Counted from the first letter of the stretch, positions 17,327-26,978 are shown. The stretch: 32,000 nt of DNA from Candidatus Nitrosopumilus sp. SW (GCF_006740685.1 NZ_CP035425.1:101687-133686); one strand, 5' to 3'. Numbers and translations are program-made. The notes: a model not told the origin generated them from the sequence alone.

Positions 17327-18322
17327 ATGGGTGCTAGAAAAAGACATTCACCACGTAGAGGAAGCCTTGCGTATTCACCTAGAGTACGTGCTAAAAGCAT
17401 GGAGGCAAGAATCAGAGCATGGCCTAAATTGGATTCAGAAGAGCCAAAGATTTTAGCTCATTGTGGTTTCAAAGCAGGATGTGTTCAAATTGTCAGTATT
17501 GATGATCGTGAAAAAGTACCCAATGCAGGAAAACAACTAGTAAGTCTTGGAACAGTTCTAGTTACACCACCAGTTTTGATTTTGGGAATTAGAGGTTATT
17601 CAAAAGATCATGATGGACTACATGCAGAGTTTGATGTTTATGCAGAAGACATACCAAAAAATATCGCTAAAGAAATTTCACTAAAAAACAAACAAGAAAA
17701 TGCAATTGACAATGCAGAAAAAAGTTTGAAAAAAATTAAAGAGATTTTTGCAATTGTTGCAGTATCACCAAGTGCAGCAGGATTAGAACAAAAGAAACCA
17801 TATGTCTTTGAAGCATCAGTAAGTGGAGGAGACATTCCAAAACAATTTGCACATGTAAAAGAATTACTCGGTAAAGAGATTAAGATTGATCAGATTTTTG
17901 AAACAGGTGCAAGTGTTGACGTTGCAGCAATTACAAAAGGTAAAGGATGGCAAGGTGTTTTGAAAAGATGGAACGTAAAGAAGAAACAACACAAATCAAG
18001 AAAGACAGTTAGAGAAGTTGGTTCATTAGGTCCAATTTCTCCACAAAGCGTCATGTACACAGTTCCAAGAGCAGGACAGTTTGGATTCCATCAAAGAATC
18101 GAATATGATAAACGAATTATGATCATGGGCAATACTGAAGAAGATAAATTAAAAATTAATCCAGACGGAGGGTACAAACACTTTGGTTTAGTTAAAGGAG
18201 ATTTTATTATTCTAAAAGGTTCAGTTCCTGGAACTTATAGAAGATTAATCAAACTAAGAAGTCAAATCAGAAATGTTCCAGCTAAAGTCAACAAACCAAA
18301 TATCTTGGAGGTAGTAGTATGA
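17327..18322 (+). CDS. rpl3: Ribosomal protein uL3
   Basis: 331 aa with 'RKRHSPRRGSLAYSPRVRA' and 'TKGKGWQGVLKRWN'. Confidence 0.95.
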   Translation: MGARKRHSPRRGSLAYSPRVRAKSMEARIRAWPKLDSEEPKILAHCGFKAGCVQIVSIDDREKVPNAGKQLVSLGTVLVTPPVLILGIRGYSKDHDGLHAEFDVYAEDIPKNIAKEISLKNKQENAIDNAEKSLKKIKEIFAIVAVSPSAAGLEQKKPYVFEASVSGGDIPKQFAHVKELLGKEIKIDQIFETGASVDVAAITKGKGWQGVLKRWNVKKKQHKSRKTVREVGSLGPISPQSVMYTVPRAGQFGFHQRIEYDKRIMIMGNTEEDKLKINPDGGYKHFGLVKGDFIILKGSVPGTYRRLIKLRSQIRNVPAKVNKPNILEVVV

Positions 18323-19134
18323 CCAAGACCGATGTATACACAACAACTGGAACAAAAGACGGAGAAGTAGAATTACCAGCAGTATTTTCCACACCATTTA
18401 GAAGAGAATTGATTCACAAAGCTTTCACTAATCTCACATCACACAAATTCCAACCACAAGGAAGACATCCAAGTGCAGGTCAAGACGTAGTTGCAGACTC
18501 TAATGATCCACCAACAGGTCAAGGTGTATCTCGTGTAGCCAGAGCACAAGGTGGAGGTGGCGGAAGACAAGGTCAAGGTGCAGAAGTTGCATCAACTAGA
18601 GGAGGAAGACAAGCACATCCACCTATTGTTGAAAAAGTAATTTACAAAAAATTGAATAAAAAAGAAAAGAAATTAGCATTATGTTCAGCAATTGCTGCAA
18701 CTGCATCAAAAGATAAAGTAGTATCAAGAGGACATAAGGTAGAAGGAATCGAATCATTCCCAATTGTAGTCTCAGACGATATAGAATCAGTTTCTAAAAC
18801 AAGTGAAATATCCAAAATACTAGATTCATTAAAACTAACACAAGATGTAGAAAGATTACAAGCAAGAAAACCACGTTCTGGACAATCAAGACTTAGAGGA
18901 AGGAGTAAAAAAGTTGGAAAGAGTGTGTTGTTTGTAACTAAAGATGCAACAAACATTTCAAAGGCAATTGGTGCATTACCAGGTGTAGAAGCAACAAGTG
19001 TCAAAAATTTGAGCGTATTAGACTTGGCTCCAGGTTCTGACCCAATTAGATTAACCGTTTATTCCAAATCTGCAATTGAAGAAATTGGAAAGATTAAATC
19101 AACACATCTAGAGGTAATGGCGAAAGTACAATGA
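18319..19134 (+). CDS. rpl4: Ribosomal protein uL4
   Basis: 271 aa. It has a 4-nt ATGA overlap with rpl3. Motifs include 'QPQGRHPSAGQ' and 'RGGRQAHPP'. Confidence 0.93.
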   Translation: MTKTDVYTTTGTKDGEVELPAVFSTPFRRELIHKAFTNLTSHKFQPQGRHPSAGQDVVADSNDPPTGQGVSRVARAQGGGGGRQGQGAEVASTRGGRQAHPPIVEKVIYKKLNKKEKKLALCSAIAATASKDKVVSRGHKVEGIESFPIVVSDDIESVSKTSEISKILDSLKLTQDVERLQARKPRSGQSRLRGRSKKVGKSVLFVTKDATNISKAIGALPGVEATSVKNLSVLDLAPGSDPIRLTVYSKSAIEEIGKIKSTHLEVMAKVQ

Positions 19135-19397
19135 ACGTAGATCAAGCAAGCAAAATCATACTCAAACCATACATTACCGAAAAAACATTTGCAATGGTAG
19201 AGAATGAAAGTAAAATTTGTTTCATAGTAGATAGATCAGCAAGCAAACCAGAAATTGCTGATGCAGTTAATACACTATACAATGAAAAAGTCACCAATGT
19301 CAACACAGCTAGAACAATTTACGGTAAGAAAGCATTTGTTCAGTTTGAAAATACAGAAAAGGCAAGAGACCTCGCAACAAAGATAGGAATGCTATAA
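19131..19397 (+). CDS. rpl23: Ribosomal protein uL23
   Basis: 88 aa with 'ILKPYITEKTFAMVENESKICFIVDRSASKPEI'. It overlaps rpl4 by 4 nt. Confidence 0.93.
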   Translation: MNVDQASKIILKPYITEKTFAMVENESKICFIVDRSASKPEIADAVNTLYNEKVTNVNTARTIYGKKAFVQFENTEKARDLATKIGML

Positions 19398-19424
19398 TAG
19401 GGAGTTTGAAGGTGAAGAACAAAA

Positions 19425-19820
19425 ATGGTTAAAGAATTTTCATACAGAGGAATTCCAAAAGAGGAACTTGAGAACATGTCATTAGAAAAATTATTCCAAT
19501 TATTCAATGCAAGACAAAGAAGATCTCTTACCAGAGGAATTAACGACGGTAAAAGAAAATTAATTGAAGAGATCAAAACAGCAAAAGCAGGTAAATTAAA
19601 AAATCCAATCAAAACACACGTTAGGGATTTGATTATCCTACCATACATGGTAGATGTTACAGTAAATGTTTTCTCAGGAAAAGAGTTCAGACCAGTTCTA
19701 ATTAGAACAGAAATGATTGGTCATTATTTGGGAGAATATGTCATAACAAACAAGAAGGTTTCACACGGTGCACCAGGTGTCGGCGCATCAAGATCCAGCC
19801 TCTATGTGCCATTGAAGTGA
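19425..19820 (+). CDS. rps19: Ribosomal protein uS19
   Basis: 131 aa with 'FSYRGIPKEELENMSLEKLFQLFNARQRRSL' and 'GHYLGEYVITNKKVSHGAPGVGAS'. It follows rpl23 after only 27 nt, so no uL2 lies between them. Confidence 0.93.
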   Translation: MVKEFSYRGIPKEELENMSLEKLFQLFNARQRRSLTRGINDGKRKLIEEIKTAKAGKLKNPIKTHVRDLIILPYMVDVTVNVFSGKEFRPVLIRTEMIGHYLGEYVITNKKVSHGAPGVGASRSSLYVPLK

Positions 19821-20284
19821 TTATTATGGGTAGATTCGGTTACGCTTTCCAAAATTATGATGCAACAAGACATGTACGTTCTTCAGTCAGAGAAAAAGAC
19901 ATGTCACATAAACATGCAAGAGAAGTTGCAGTTGCCATCAAAGGACTATCAATTGAGAAAGCAAGAGATTACTTGCAAGCAGTAATAAACAAAGACAGAG
20001 CAGTTGCATTTAGAAGATACAAGAATCAAGTAGGACACAAAGGAGATCCTGGTATGATGGCAGGACGTTACCCACAAAAAACAGCAAAAGAATTCATCAA
20101 AGTTTTAGATAATTTAGAATCAAATGCAGAATACAAAGGAATGGATTTAGATAGATTAAAAATTGTAAACGCAACTGTTCACAAAGGAGTAATTGTAAAA
20201 AGATTCATCCCAAGAGCAATGGGAAGAGCAACTCCAAAGAACAACGTATTGACTCATGTAGAATTGGTGGCACAGGAGATTTAG
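19817..20284 (+). CDS. rpl22: Ribosomal protein uL22
   Basis: 155 aa. The GTG start overlaps the rps19 stop; ATG 19826 is an alternative. Motifs include '[14 protein letters not shown]' and '[13 protein letters not shown]'. Confidence 0.92.
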   Translation: MIIMGRFGYAFQNYDATRHVRSSVREKDMSHKHAREVAVAIKGLSIEKARDYLQAVINKDRAVAFRRYKNQVGHKGDPGMMAGRYPQKTAKEFIKVLDNLESNAEYKGMDLDRLKIVNATVHKGVIVKRFIPRAMGRATPKNNVLTHVELVAQEI

Positions 20285-20286
20285 AA

Positions 20287-21042
20287 ATGTCATCAGTGAA
20301 AAACGTAATCAAAGACAATTACAACATGATGCTACTCAAAGATTATCTTCGAGATGCTATTAAAGAAGCAGGATTTTCACATGCAGAAATCTCAAAGACC
20401 CCAACAGGAACTAGAGTTGCATTACATGTTACAAGACCAGGAATAGTTATCGGAAGAAAAGGTTCAGGAATTAGAGACCTTACTGACAAACTAGCAACAG
20501 ACTTTGGATTAAAGAACCCACAAATTTCAGTAGTTGAAATTGAGAAACCAGAATTATCACCAAGTGTAATGTGTAACAGAATGGCTTCTCACCTTGAAAG
20601 AGGAACCGCATTTAGAAGAGCAACCATGTGGACTCTAAAACAAATTATGGAAAACGGTGCTATGGGTGTACAAATTACAATTTCAGGTAAGCTTAGAGGG
20701 GACCGTTCTGCCTTTGAAAAACACACAGCAGGGATTTTACCAAGAGCAGGACATCATGCAGAAGTAATTGTTGCTGAAGACATCGCACATGTTAATACAG
20801 CAATGGGATTAATTGGAATTAGAATTAGAATTGCAAGAAAAGAAAAATTTGTTCCAGAATTTGAAATGAAAGTAGAGAAGCCAAAGAAAGCAAAACAAGT
20901 CAAAGATGCAGAAACAGGTAAGATGAGAGATGAAACAGCTGCTGAAAAGAAAGCAAGAACAGAATCAGAACAAATTGCAATAGAAGAAGAAAAGATGAAA
21001 GAACTTGAAACATTAGAAGAAGAGGAGGCCAAACTCAAATGA
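20287..21042 (+). CDS. rps3: Ribosomal protein uS3 with Lys/Glu-rich C-terminal extension
   Basis: 251 aa with a KH-domain region ('[25 protein letters not shown]') and '[13 protein letters not shown]'. The last ~55 aa are K/E-rich. Confidence 0.93.
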   Translation: MSSVKNVIKDNYNMMLLKDYLRDAIKEAGFSHAEISKTPTGTRVALHVTRPGIVIGRKGSGIRDLTDKLATDFGLKNPQISVVEIEKPELSPSVMCNRMASHLERGTAFRRATMWTLKQIMENGAMGVQITISGKLRGDRSAFEKHTAGILPRAGHHAEVIVAEDIAHVNTAMGLIGIRIRIARKEKFVPEFEMKVEKPKKAKQVKDAETGKMRDETAAEKKARTESEQIAIEEEKMKELETLEEEEAKLK

Positions 21043-21245
21043 CCAGAATCAGCATGAAGACGATTAAACAATTAAACGAAAAGGATCTAAAAAGCAAGAT
21101 TCAAGAATCAAGAAGTGAGCTTTCAAAACTTAGAGTAGATGCAGCTAAAGGTACACTAAGAAAAGAGAGCGGAAAACTAAAACCCCTAAGACACGATATT
21201 GCAAGAATGCTAACAAGATTAAACGAGATGAGGAACGAGAAATGA
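21039..21245 (+). CDS. rpl29: Ribosomal protein uL29
   Basis: 68 aa with '[22 protein letters not shown]'. Its operon position is as expected. Confidence 0.9.
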   Translation: MTRISMKTIKQLNEKDLKSKIQESRSELSKLRVDAAKGTLRKESGKLKPLRHDIARMLTRLNEMRNEK

Positions 21246-21508
21246 TCACTGCAGATAACATTACATCACATGAGTTTATTGGGTTAAATACGGAGATTGT
21301 TCAATCAACAAATCCACAAGTAATAGGATTAAATGGAAGAATCGAAAATGAAACAAAATCAATGTTTACAATTAACACAGATAATGGAGTGAGATCAATT
21401 GCAAAATCTACTAGCAATTGGAAGTTCTCAATCAATAACAACGATGTTGTTGTTGAAGGTTCCAAAATTGCAAAAAGACCATTTGACAGAATTGGAGGAA
21501 AGGCATGA
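21242..21508 (+). CDS. rnp1: RNase P protein component 1 (Rpp29/Pop4)
   Basis: 88 aa with 'HEFIGLNTEIVQSTNPQVIGLNGRIENETKSMFTI' and 'KRPFDRI'. It occupies the canonical archaeal position between uL29 and uS17. Confidence 0.85.
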   Translation: MITADNITSHEFIGLNTEIVQSTNPQVIGLNGRIENETKSMFTINTDNGVRSIAKSTSNWKFSINNNDVVVEGSKIAKRPFDRIGGKA

Positions 21509-21828
21509 CTAGAAACATCGGACTAAAAGTAAAAGAACCAAAAAGAGAATGTACAGACAAACATTGTCCATTCCACGGAGAATTAGCAATTAGAGGAAAA
21601 CTCTTTGATGGCAAAGTCACTGGAAGTAAAGCTAGACAAACCATTACACTACAAAAAGATGCACCAATTTACTTTAACAAATTCAAAAGATATGCAAGAG
21701 GAAAAAGTAGCATTCATGCCCACGTTCCTGGATGTATTGATGTTGAGTCAGGAGACAGTGTATTAACTGCAGAATGCAGACCGATATCAAAATCAGTGTC
21801 ATATGTTGTTGTGGAGGTTAGATCATAA
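21505..21828 (+). CDS. rps17: Ribosomal protein uS17
   Basis: 107 aa with 'CTDKHCPFHGELAIRGKLFDGKV' and 'GDSVLTAECRPISK'. Confidence 0.93.
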   Translation: MTRNIGLKVKEPKRECTDKHCPFHGELAIRGKLFDGKVTGSKARQTITLQKDAPIYFNKFKRYARGKSSIHAHVPGCIDVESGDSVLTAECRPISKSVSYVVVEVRS

Positions 21829-22250
21829 TGGCAAAACAAGCAGGTAAAGGAGTAGAAGAATTCCGCCCATATGTAACTAAAGTAATTCCTGTTGGAGCAA
21901 ATATTGTATGTGCAGATAATTCTGGTGCAAAAATTTTAGAAGTAATTAACGTTCCAAGACATAAAACAAGAGCATCAAGACTTCCATCAGCATCAGTTGG
22001 AGACTTTTGTAATGTTGTTGTAAAGAAAGGACCAGCAGAATTAAGAAAACAAGTGTATGGTGCAGTTATAATTAGACAAAAGTATCCAGTTCGCAGATTA
22101 AACGGTGTAAGAGTTTGTTTTGAAGACAACGCAGCAGTGTTGATCACTCCAGAAGGAGAAACAAAAGGAACAGACATCAAAGGACCAGTAGCCGCAGAAG
22201 CTTCAGAAAAATGGCCAAGAGTAGCTAACTTGGCATCAATGGTGGTATAA
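21828..22250 (+). CDS. rpl14: Ribosomal protein uL14
   Basis: 140 aa with '[17 protein letters not shown]' and '[13 protein letters not shown]'. The start overlaps the previous stop as TAATG. Confidence 0.95.
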   Translation: MAKQAGKGVEEFRPYVTKVIPVGANIVCADNSGAKILEVINVPRHKTRASRLPSASVGDFCNVVVKKGPAELRKQVYGAVIIRQKYPVRRLNGVRVCFEDNAAVLITPEGETKGTDIKGPVAAEASEKWPRVANLASMVV

Positions 22251-22254
22251 GAAG

Positions 22255-22695
22255 ATGAAGCCAACTAAAATGCGTAACAAGATGATTTATCGTGCATCTT
22301 ACCAGACAAAAAGCAAACAACTCGGAAGTGCACTATCAAAAGATCTTCATAAAAAATACGGTAAAAGAAGTGTCAGAGTTGTTGAAGGTGACAGTGTAAC
22401 AATTCTTAGAGGAGAATTCAAAGGAGTAGATGGCAAAATTGCAGAAGTTTCTACAGAGAAGAGCAGCGTTGCAATTGAAGGAGTTAAAAAAGAGAAGACC
22501 AAAGGCGATAAATTTGATGTTTTCATTCATACTTCAAACTTACTAGTAACATCACTAAACACAGAAGATAAGTGGAGAATAGCAAAACTCGAGGGCAAAG
22601 ATCCAAGAAAACAGCCTAAAGAAACACCAAAGAAAGAAGAGCCTAAAGAAACAAAAGTAGAGAAAAAACCCAAAGAAAAGGAAGATGAGAATTAA
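22255..22695 (+). CDS. rpl24: Ribosomal protein uL24 with Lys/Glu/Pro-rich tail
   Basis: 146 aa with the KOW motif '[24 protein letters not shown]'. The C-terminal tail is '[26 protein letters not shown]'. Confidence 0.9.
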   Translation: MKPTKMRNKMIYRASYQTKSKQLGSALSKDLHKKYGKRSVRVVEGDSVTILRGEFKGVDGKIAEVSTEKSSVAIEGVKKEKTKGDKFDVFIHTSNLLVTSLNTEDKWRIAKLEGKDPRKQPKETPKKEEPKETKVEKKPKEKEDEN

Positions 22696-23411
22696 TGGTA
22701 AGTATTTCAGGTAGTAAAAAACTCAAACGTCAAATGGCACCTCAATTCTGGGGAATTGCCAGAAAAGACAAGAGATTTGTAATTACAGTAAGACCAGGAC
22801 CACATAAAAAACACCATTCAGTTCCAACAGCAGTGTTCCTCAGAGACATGTTAAAAATTGTCACCAGTCTCAGAGAAGCAAAGACTGCCATTTATTCAGG
22901 AAAAGTAAAGATCGATGGTGTCGTTAGAAAATCATTACATCATGCAATTGGACTAATGGATGTAGTAGAGTTAGAAAATGTCTCAGATGTTTATCGTCTT
23001 GTTCCAACAGACGGCAAATTACTAAAACCAATTAAGATTAACGATTCTGAAAAAACAAAAAAACTTGTCAGAGTTACAAGTAAAACAACAATCAACAAAG
23101 GAAAAATGCAAATTGGATTCCATGATGGCCGCTCAACCATTTCAGATACCAAAGTAAATGTTGGCGATGTATGTTTAATTCAAGTACCAGATCAAAAAAT
23201 TCTTGAAGTAATTAAATTAGAAGCAGGAAACCATGGATTAGTAACACGTGGAATTAATGCAGGACAAATTGGAAAGATTGAAAGTGTTGAAGAAGGTACA
23301 TTCATTCTTCCAAAAAGAGTTATTCTATCTTTGGAAGACAGAAAAATCGAAATTCCTGCAGACATCATCATGCCAATCGGAAAAGAGGAGCCAGTAATTC
23401 AATTAAAGTGA
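22695..23411 (+). CDS. rps4e: Ribosomal protein eS4
   Basis: 238 aa with 'GSKKLKRQMAPQFWGIARKDKRFVITVRPGPHK'. Confidence 0.95.
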   Translation: MVSISGSKKLKRQMAPQFWGIARKDKRFVITVRPGPHKKHHSVPTAVFLRDMLKIVTSLREAKTAIYSGKVKIDGVVRKSLHHAIGLMDVVELENVSDVYRLVPTDGKLLKPIKINDSEKTKKLVRVTSKTTINKGKMQIGFHDGRSTISDTKVNVGDVCLIQVPDQKILEVIKLEAGNHGLVTRGINAGQIGKIESVEEGTFILPKRVILSLEDRKIEIPADIIMPIGKEEPVIQLK

Positions 23412-23415
23412 TCAT

Positions 23416-23937
23416 ATGTCTCAAACAACAGAATCCCCAATGAAAAAAATCTCCTTAGAGAAAGTAGTTCTCAACATGGGAGTTGGAAAATCAGGAGATG
23501 TAATTGACATTGCAAGAAGAGCATTGGAACAAATTTCAGGTAAAAAACCATCAGCACGAAATGCAAAAGAAACCCAAAGAGATTGGGGTGTGAGAAAAGG
23601 AGAACCAATTGGGGTTGCAGTTACAATTCGAGGAGACGATGCCAGAGCATTGTTGAAAAGATTGTTAGAGGCCAAAGGCAATACCGTAAATGGCAGAGCA
23701 TTTGATAATTTTGGTAATTATTCATTTGGAATTAAAGAACACATAGATATTCCAGGCGTCAAATATGAGCCATCAATTGGAATCTTAGGTCTTGGAATTT
23801 CAGTTACATTAACTAGACCAGGTTATGGAATTAGAAGAAGAAGTAAACACAAAGCAAGTGTTGGTAAATCCCACATTATTACAAAAGAAGAAGCAAAGGA
23901 TTATCTAGCAAAAGAGTTTGGAGTGACGGTAGCATAA
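23416..23937 (+). CDS. rpl5: Ribosomal protein uL5
   Basis: 173 aa with 'KVVLNMGVG' and 'FGIKEHIDIPGVKYEPSIGILG'. Confidence 0.95.
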   Translation: MSQTTESPMKKISLEKVVLNMGVGKSGDVIDIARRALEQISGKKPSARNAKETQRDWGVRKGEPIGVAVTIRGDDARALLKRLLEAKGNTVNGRAFDNFGNYSFGIKEHIDIPGVKYEPSIGILGLGISVTLTRPGYGIRRRSKHKASVGKSHIITKEEAKDYLAKEFGVTVA

Positions 23938-24116
23938 TGGCAAAAGATAGATCATACGAATTTACTGGAAGAAAAAAGCATGATTTTGGCAGAGGATCAA
24001 GATGGTGTAAAAGATGTGGAGATTATACAGCAGTTATACAAAAATACGACTTAATGTTATGCAGACGATGCTTCAGAGAGGTAGCAACATCTCTAGGATT
24101 TAGGAAAAATAGGTGA
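23937..24116 (+). CDS. rps14: Ribosomal protein uS14 (zinc-binding short form), 59 aa
   Basis: This gene is not in the ORF track (below 60 aa). My own translation: MAKDRSYEFTGRKKHDFGRGSRWCKRCGDYTAVIQKYDLMLCRRCFREVATSLGFRKNR. It has CxxC..CxxC. The ATG overlaps the rpl5 stop (TAATG). Confidence 0.92.
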   Translation: MAKDRSYEFTGRKKHDFGRGSRWCKRCGDYTAVIQKYDLMLCRRCFREVATSLGFRKNR

Positions 24117-24122
24117 TAGAAT

Positions 24123-24515
24123 ATGCCAGCAACTAACATTTTAGCAAATCTATTTGTTACATTATACAATAATGAAACAAGAAGAAAAGGAGAGTGTACA
24201 ATACTCCCAACTTCAAAATTAGGAATTGAAGTTCTAAAAACACTTCAAAGAGACGGATACATTGGAGAGTTTGAACATATTGATGATAAAAGAGGCGGAA
24301 AATTCAAAATCAAATTATTGGCAAAAATTACAAAATGTGGTGCAATCTCACCAAGATTCAAAGTAAAGACAGATGAATTTAACAACTGGGAACAACAATA
24401 CTTGCCAGCATATGACAGAGGAATGCTTCTAGTTACAACTAATCAAGGTGTAATGTCACATCACGAGGCATCACAAAAAGGAATTGGAGGATTTTTGATA
24501 GGATATGTCTACTAG
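24123..24515 (+). CDS. rps8: Ribosomal protein uS8
   Basis: 130 aa with 'LANLFVTLYNNETRRKGEC' and 'GYIGEFEHIDDKRGGKFKIKL'. Confidence 0.95.
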   Translation: MPATNILANLFVTLYNNETRRKGECTILPTSKLGIEVLKTLQRDGYIGEFEHIDDKRGGKFKIKLLAKITKCGAISPRFKVKTDEFNNWEQQYLPAYDRGMLLVTTNQGVMSHHEASQKGIGGFLIGYVY

Positions 24516-25062
24516 TCAACTCGAAAAAATGCAAGACCAGGTAACAATACCTGAAGGAGTAAAAGTAACACAAAACAAAAACATGTTAACATTTGAGGGT
24601 CCTCTAGGCAAAACACACAAAAATTTCAGAAACATCCCAGTACAAATTGAAATTGTGGATGATAAAGTCAACCTCAAAACAATAGGTGAGAAAAAAAGAG
24701 ATTATGCAATTTTACACACAGCAAGATCAATTATCAGAAATATTTGTGAAGGTCTTGTTGAAGGATATACAATTAAAATGAAAGTAGTGTTTGCACACTT
24801 TCCAATCACAGTAAAAGTAGAAGGTAAGAAAGTTCTAATTGAAAACTATCAAGGTGAAAGAGCACCAAGAACCACACACATCATGGGAAATACCAAAGTA
24901 ATTCCAAAAGGCGAGGATGTTATTCTTACAGGAGAGGTTTGGACAGATATCACACAAACTGCAGCTAACATAGAATTAAAAACCAAAGTAAAGAATAAAG
25001 ATCACAGAGTTTTCCTAGACGGCATCTATGTCTATGAAAAGAAGAAAGGTATAGACAAGTAA
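24505..25062 (+). CDS. rpl6: Ribosomal protein uL6
   Basis: 185 aa with 'FEGPLGKTHKNF' and 'KMKVVFAHFPITVKVEGKKVLIENYQGE'. It overlaps rps8 by 11 nt and is the last r-protein gene in the window. Confidence 0.93.
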   Translation: MSTSQLEKMQDQVTIPEGVKVTQNKNMLTFEGPLGKTHKNFRNIPVQIEIVDDKVNLKTIGEKKRDYAILHTARSIIRNICEGLVEGYTIKMKVVFAHFPITVKVEGKKVLIENYQGERAPRTTHIMGNTKVIPKGEDVILTGEVWTDITQTAANIELKTKVKNKDHRVFLDGIYVYEKKKGIDK

Positions 25063-25079
25063 AATTTTTAATTTTTCTA

Positions 25080-25367
25080 ATGACCCTAGACCCAGAATTT
25101 GCCAAACAAACAACAGATTTAATCCAACAGACTTTAGAATTATACAAAAAATCAGGAGCTTCTCCAAGAGTTGGAGAGATTTGGAATTGTGAAAAAATTG
25201 GTGATTTCTTGTGTGGTTTTTTTGTTGGAGAAATGGTCGGTTCAGCGCTAAGTGCGTTTCAAGTAGTACATCAAAGAGAGCCTACCGCAGATGAGCATTT
25301 GGAAATTATTGAATTAGTAGAGAGCCATTCAAAAGAAATCAAAGAGTTTTTTGCCAAATTTAACTAA
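25080..25367 (+). CDS. Hypothetical protein
   Basis: A 95-aa ORF directly after rpl6. No family is recognised. Confidence 0.45.
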   Translation: MTLDPEFAKQTTDLIQQTLELYKKSGASPRVGEIWNCEKIGDFLCGFFVGEMVGSALSAFQVVHQREPTADEHLEIIELVESHSKEIKEFFAKFN

Positions 25368-25439
25368 ACTACTAACAACTTTGGTCTAAATTGTATAGTC
25401 GCAAGGATTAAATCACTTTTGCCAAGGTACAAACATGTT

Positions 25440-25516
25440 GCCGCCCTAGCTCAGCGTGGTAGAGCATCCGACTGTTAATCGGACGGTCGTCAGTTCAAGT
25501 CTGATGGGCGGCGCCA
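25440..25516 (+). tRNA. tRNA-Asn (anticodon GTT), genomically encoded CCA
   Basis: I folded the cloverleaf by hand. The acceptor stem GCCGCCC/GGGCGGC has 7 bp. The D stem is GCTC/GAGC. The anticodon stem is TCCGA/TCGGA with loop CTGTTAA. The T stem is GTCAG/CTGAT with loop TTCAAGT. The discriminator is G, followed by CCA at 25514-25516. Confidence 0.95.
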
Positions 25517-25520
25517 CTTA

Positions 25521-25542
25521 TTTCTAAACTCGAGTTTTGAAA
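25521..25542. repeat. Palindromic repeat copy 1 (TTTCTAAACTCGAGTTTTGAAA)
   Basis: It starts 4 nt after the tRNA CCA and has one arm mismatch. A T-rich run (CATTTTATTTTG) follows. Confidence 0.8.
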
Positions 25543-25588
25543 CATTTTATTTTGATACTAGGGACATAATCCCCATAATAATAAAATT

Positions 25589-25616
25589 ATATTTCTAAAT
25601 TCGAATTTAGAAATAT
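25589..25616. repeat. Palindromic repeat copy 2 (ATATTTCTAAATTCGAATTTAGAAATAT)
   Basis: A perfect 28-bp palindrome, ~90 nt upstream of the ORF at 25705. Confidence 0.85.
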
Positions 25617-25704
25617 TGATCGGTTGACAGTAATTGGTTTACACTATTAGACAACATAGATCTAATAGATGATCGCACATTTAGAATAATGCAGGAGGTT
25701 TACA

Positions 25705-25953
25705 TTGGTCAGAACTAGAAGGGCCAACAGATATTGTGTTGATTGTGGTGCAAGACTGGTGTATTACCCTAGATTATCAAACCCAAAAGCACCAAATGAA
25801 CATAGAGTACTAGTATATGCATGTCCTGACTGTACAGATGACTTTGAGAAACCAAAAATGTTCTCAATTAAACGCAATCAAGTAGAGGATCCGTTAGAAA
25901 CTGTTGAAATTGAAATCACACAGTTACAGAAAAAAGCAGCTACTGCAAAATAA
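25705..25953 (+). CDS. Zinc-ribbon protein, 82 aa (TTG start)
   Basis: It has 'YCVDCGARL' and 'YACPDCTDD' (CxxC..CxxC). A GGAGG lies 8 nt upstream of the TTG. No family is recognised. Confidence 0.5.
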   Translation: MVRTRRANRYCVDCGARLVYYPRLSNPKAPNEHRVLVYACPDCTDDFEKPKMFSIKRNQVEDPLETVEIEITQLQKKAATAK

Positions 25954-25963
25954 TTTTAAGAAA

Positions 25964-26191
25964 ATGACATATCCTGAAAGACCAAGAAGTAATCTATGGT
26001 TTTTGTTACCGATATTTTTTGGAATAATAGGCGGAGTTATTGCATATTTTATTATACGAAATGATGATCCAAAAAAAGCAAAAAATTGTTTGTATCTAGG
26101 AATTGCATTGATGATAACAGGGTTAGTTCTTAATGCAATTATCGCATCATTTATTCCTGAATTTGGTCCAGGTTTCAGAGTAAACGTTTAA
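25964..26191 (+). CDS. Small two-TM membrane protein, 75 aa
   Basis: The internal ATG at 25964 avoids overlap with the previous gene. The sequence is MTYPERPRSNLWFLLPIFFGIIGGVIAYFIIRNDDPKKAKNCLYLGIALMITGLVLNAIIASF. Confidence 0.5.
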   Translation: MTYPERPRSNLWFLLPIFFGIIGGVIAYFIIRNDDPKKAKNCLYLGIALMITGLVLNAIIASFIPEFGPGFRVNV

Positions 26192-26225
26192 TGAAAAAGT
26201 TTTGGTTACAGGTAAAGATTCACAG

Positions 26226-26251
26226 TATTTCTAAACTCGAATTTAGAAATA
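26226..26251. repeat. Palindromic repeat copy 3 (TATTTCTAAACTCGAATTTAGAAATA)
   Basis: It lies 35 nt after the stop at 26191 and ~62 nt before the start at 26313. It has one central mismatch. Confidence 0.85.
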
Positions 26252-26312
26252 TCATAAATTTAGTACTGTAATCAATGGATTTAGAATCATATAGAAGCAA
26301 TTACAATGATTT

Positions 26313-26765
26313 GTGATGAGTGCATCCAGAATGAGAGATAATGTTGAAAGATGGTTAATTCATGAAGGGTTATCATTTGAGGATATCAAAAATCCCGAAA
26401 ATACATTTCAAATTCTAGTAAAACATGCAGGTCCAGCAGGAGTTCCTGTAGAAATTTTTGAGCCAAAAGCACAACAAGGTATTTTGGTAATTGGTTCCAA
26501 AATCACTATGAAAAACAACCAGATTGCAAGATATCTTGGATTTAGTGAAGATGAGAAAGAAAAATTTGAGAAAAAAGTAGCAGATTATTGCTATACAATC
26601 CAAGCAATTAACAAAAACACTACAGAAGACGGCAAACGAAAGATTGGGGTGTACGCAGTTCTAGATAAAGAAGAAAATATCAATCAACAAGGGTTGTTTG
26701 ATGCAATAGATAGGGTTTCAGAAATGCATGAAAAAACTGCAAGATTTCTAATGAAGACATTCTAA
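26313..26765 (+). CDS. Hypothetical protein (possibly YbjN/DUF2299-like)
   Basis: 150 aa starting at GTG 26313 or ATG 26316. 'VERWLIHEGLSFEDIKNPENTFQILVKHAGPAGVPVEIFEP' resembles the small archaeal DUF2299 family as I recall it. This is tentative. Confidence 0.5.
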   Translation: MMSASRMRDNVERWLIHEGLSFEDIKNPENTFQILVKHAGPAGVPVEIFEPKAQQGILVIGSKITMKNNQIARYLGFSEDEKEKFEKKVADYCYTIQAINKNTTEDGKRKIGVYAVLDKEENINQQGLFDAIDRVSEMHEKTARFLMKTF

Positions 26766-26825
26766 AAAATAGACGATTTATCAGTTCTACGCGGGCCTTA
26801 TATCAAAAATTACCCTATTCTAATC

Positions 26826-26978
26826 ATGAAAAGAAAAACATCAAAATCAAAACCAAGAGAACTTACAATTTCTACAAAAGAATTGTCAAGATTTGGCATG
26901 GGGGTAATGAACAAAGCCCTCAAAATAGTCGACACTGCAAAAAAAGGCAAAATTACAATCAGAGTAGAACAACAATAA
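26826..26978 (+). CDS. Small basic ORF, 50 aa
   Basis: My own translation: MKRKTSKSKPRELTISTKELSRFGMGVMNKALKIVDTAKKGKITIRVEQQ. A GC-stem/T-run hairpin follows 22 nt downstream. Confidence 0.35.
   Translation: MKRKTSKSKPRELTISTKELSRFGMGVMNKALKIVDTAKKGKITIRVEQQ

Noticed and set aside
17182-17400. A 72-aa minus ORF overlapping the rpl3 start, plus other antisense ORFs inside r-protein genes (e.g. 17638-17835, 18642-19004, 19340-19648, 20754-21071, 21818-22264, 23421-23681)
   Set aside because: They lie antisense to strongly supported, highly conserved genes and are typical frame-shadow ORFs.
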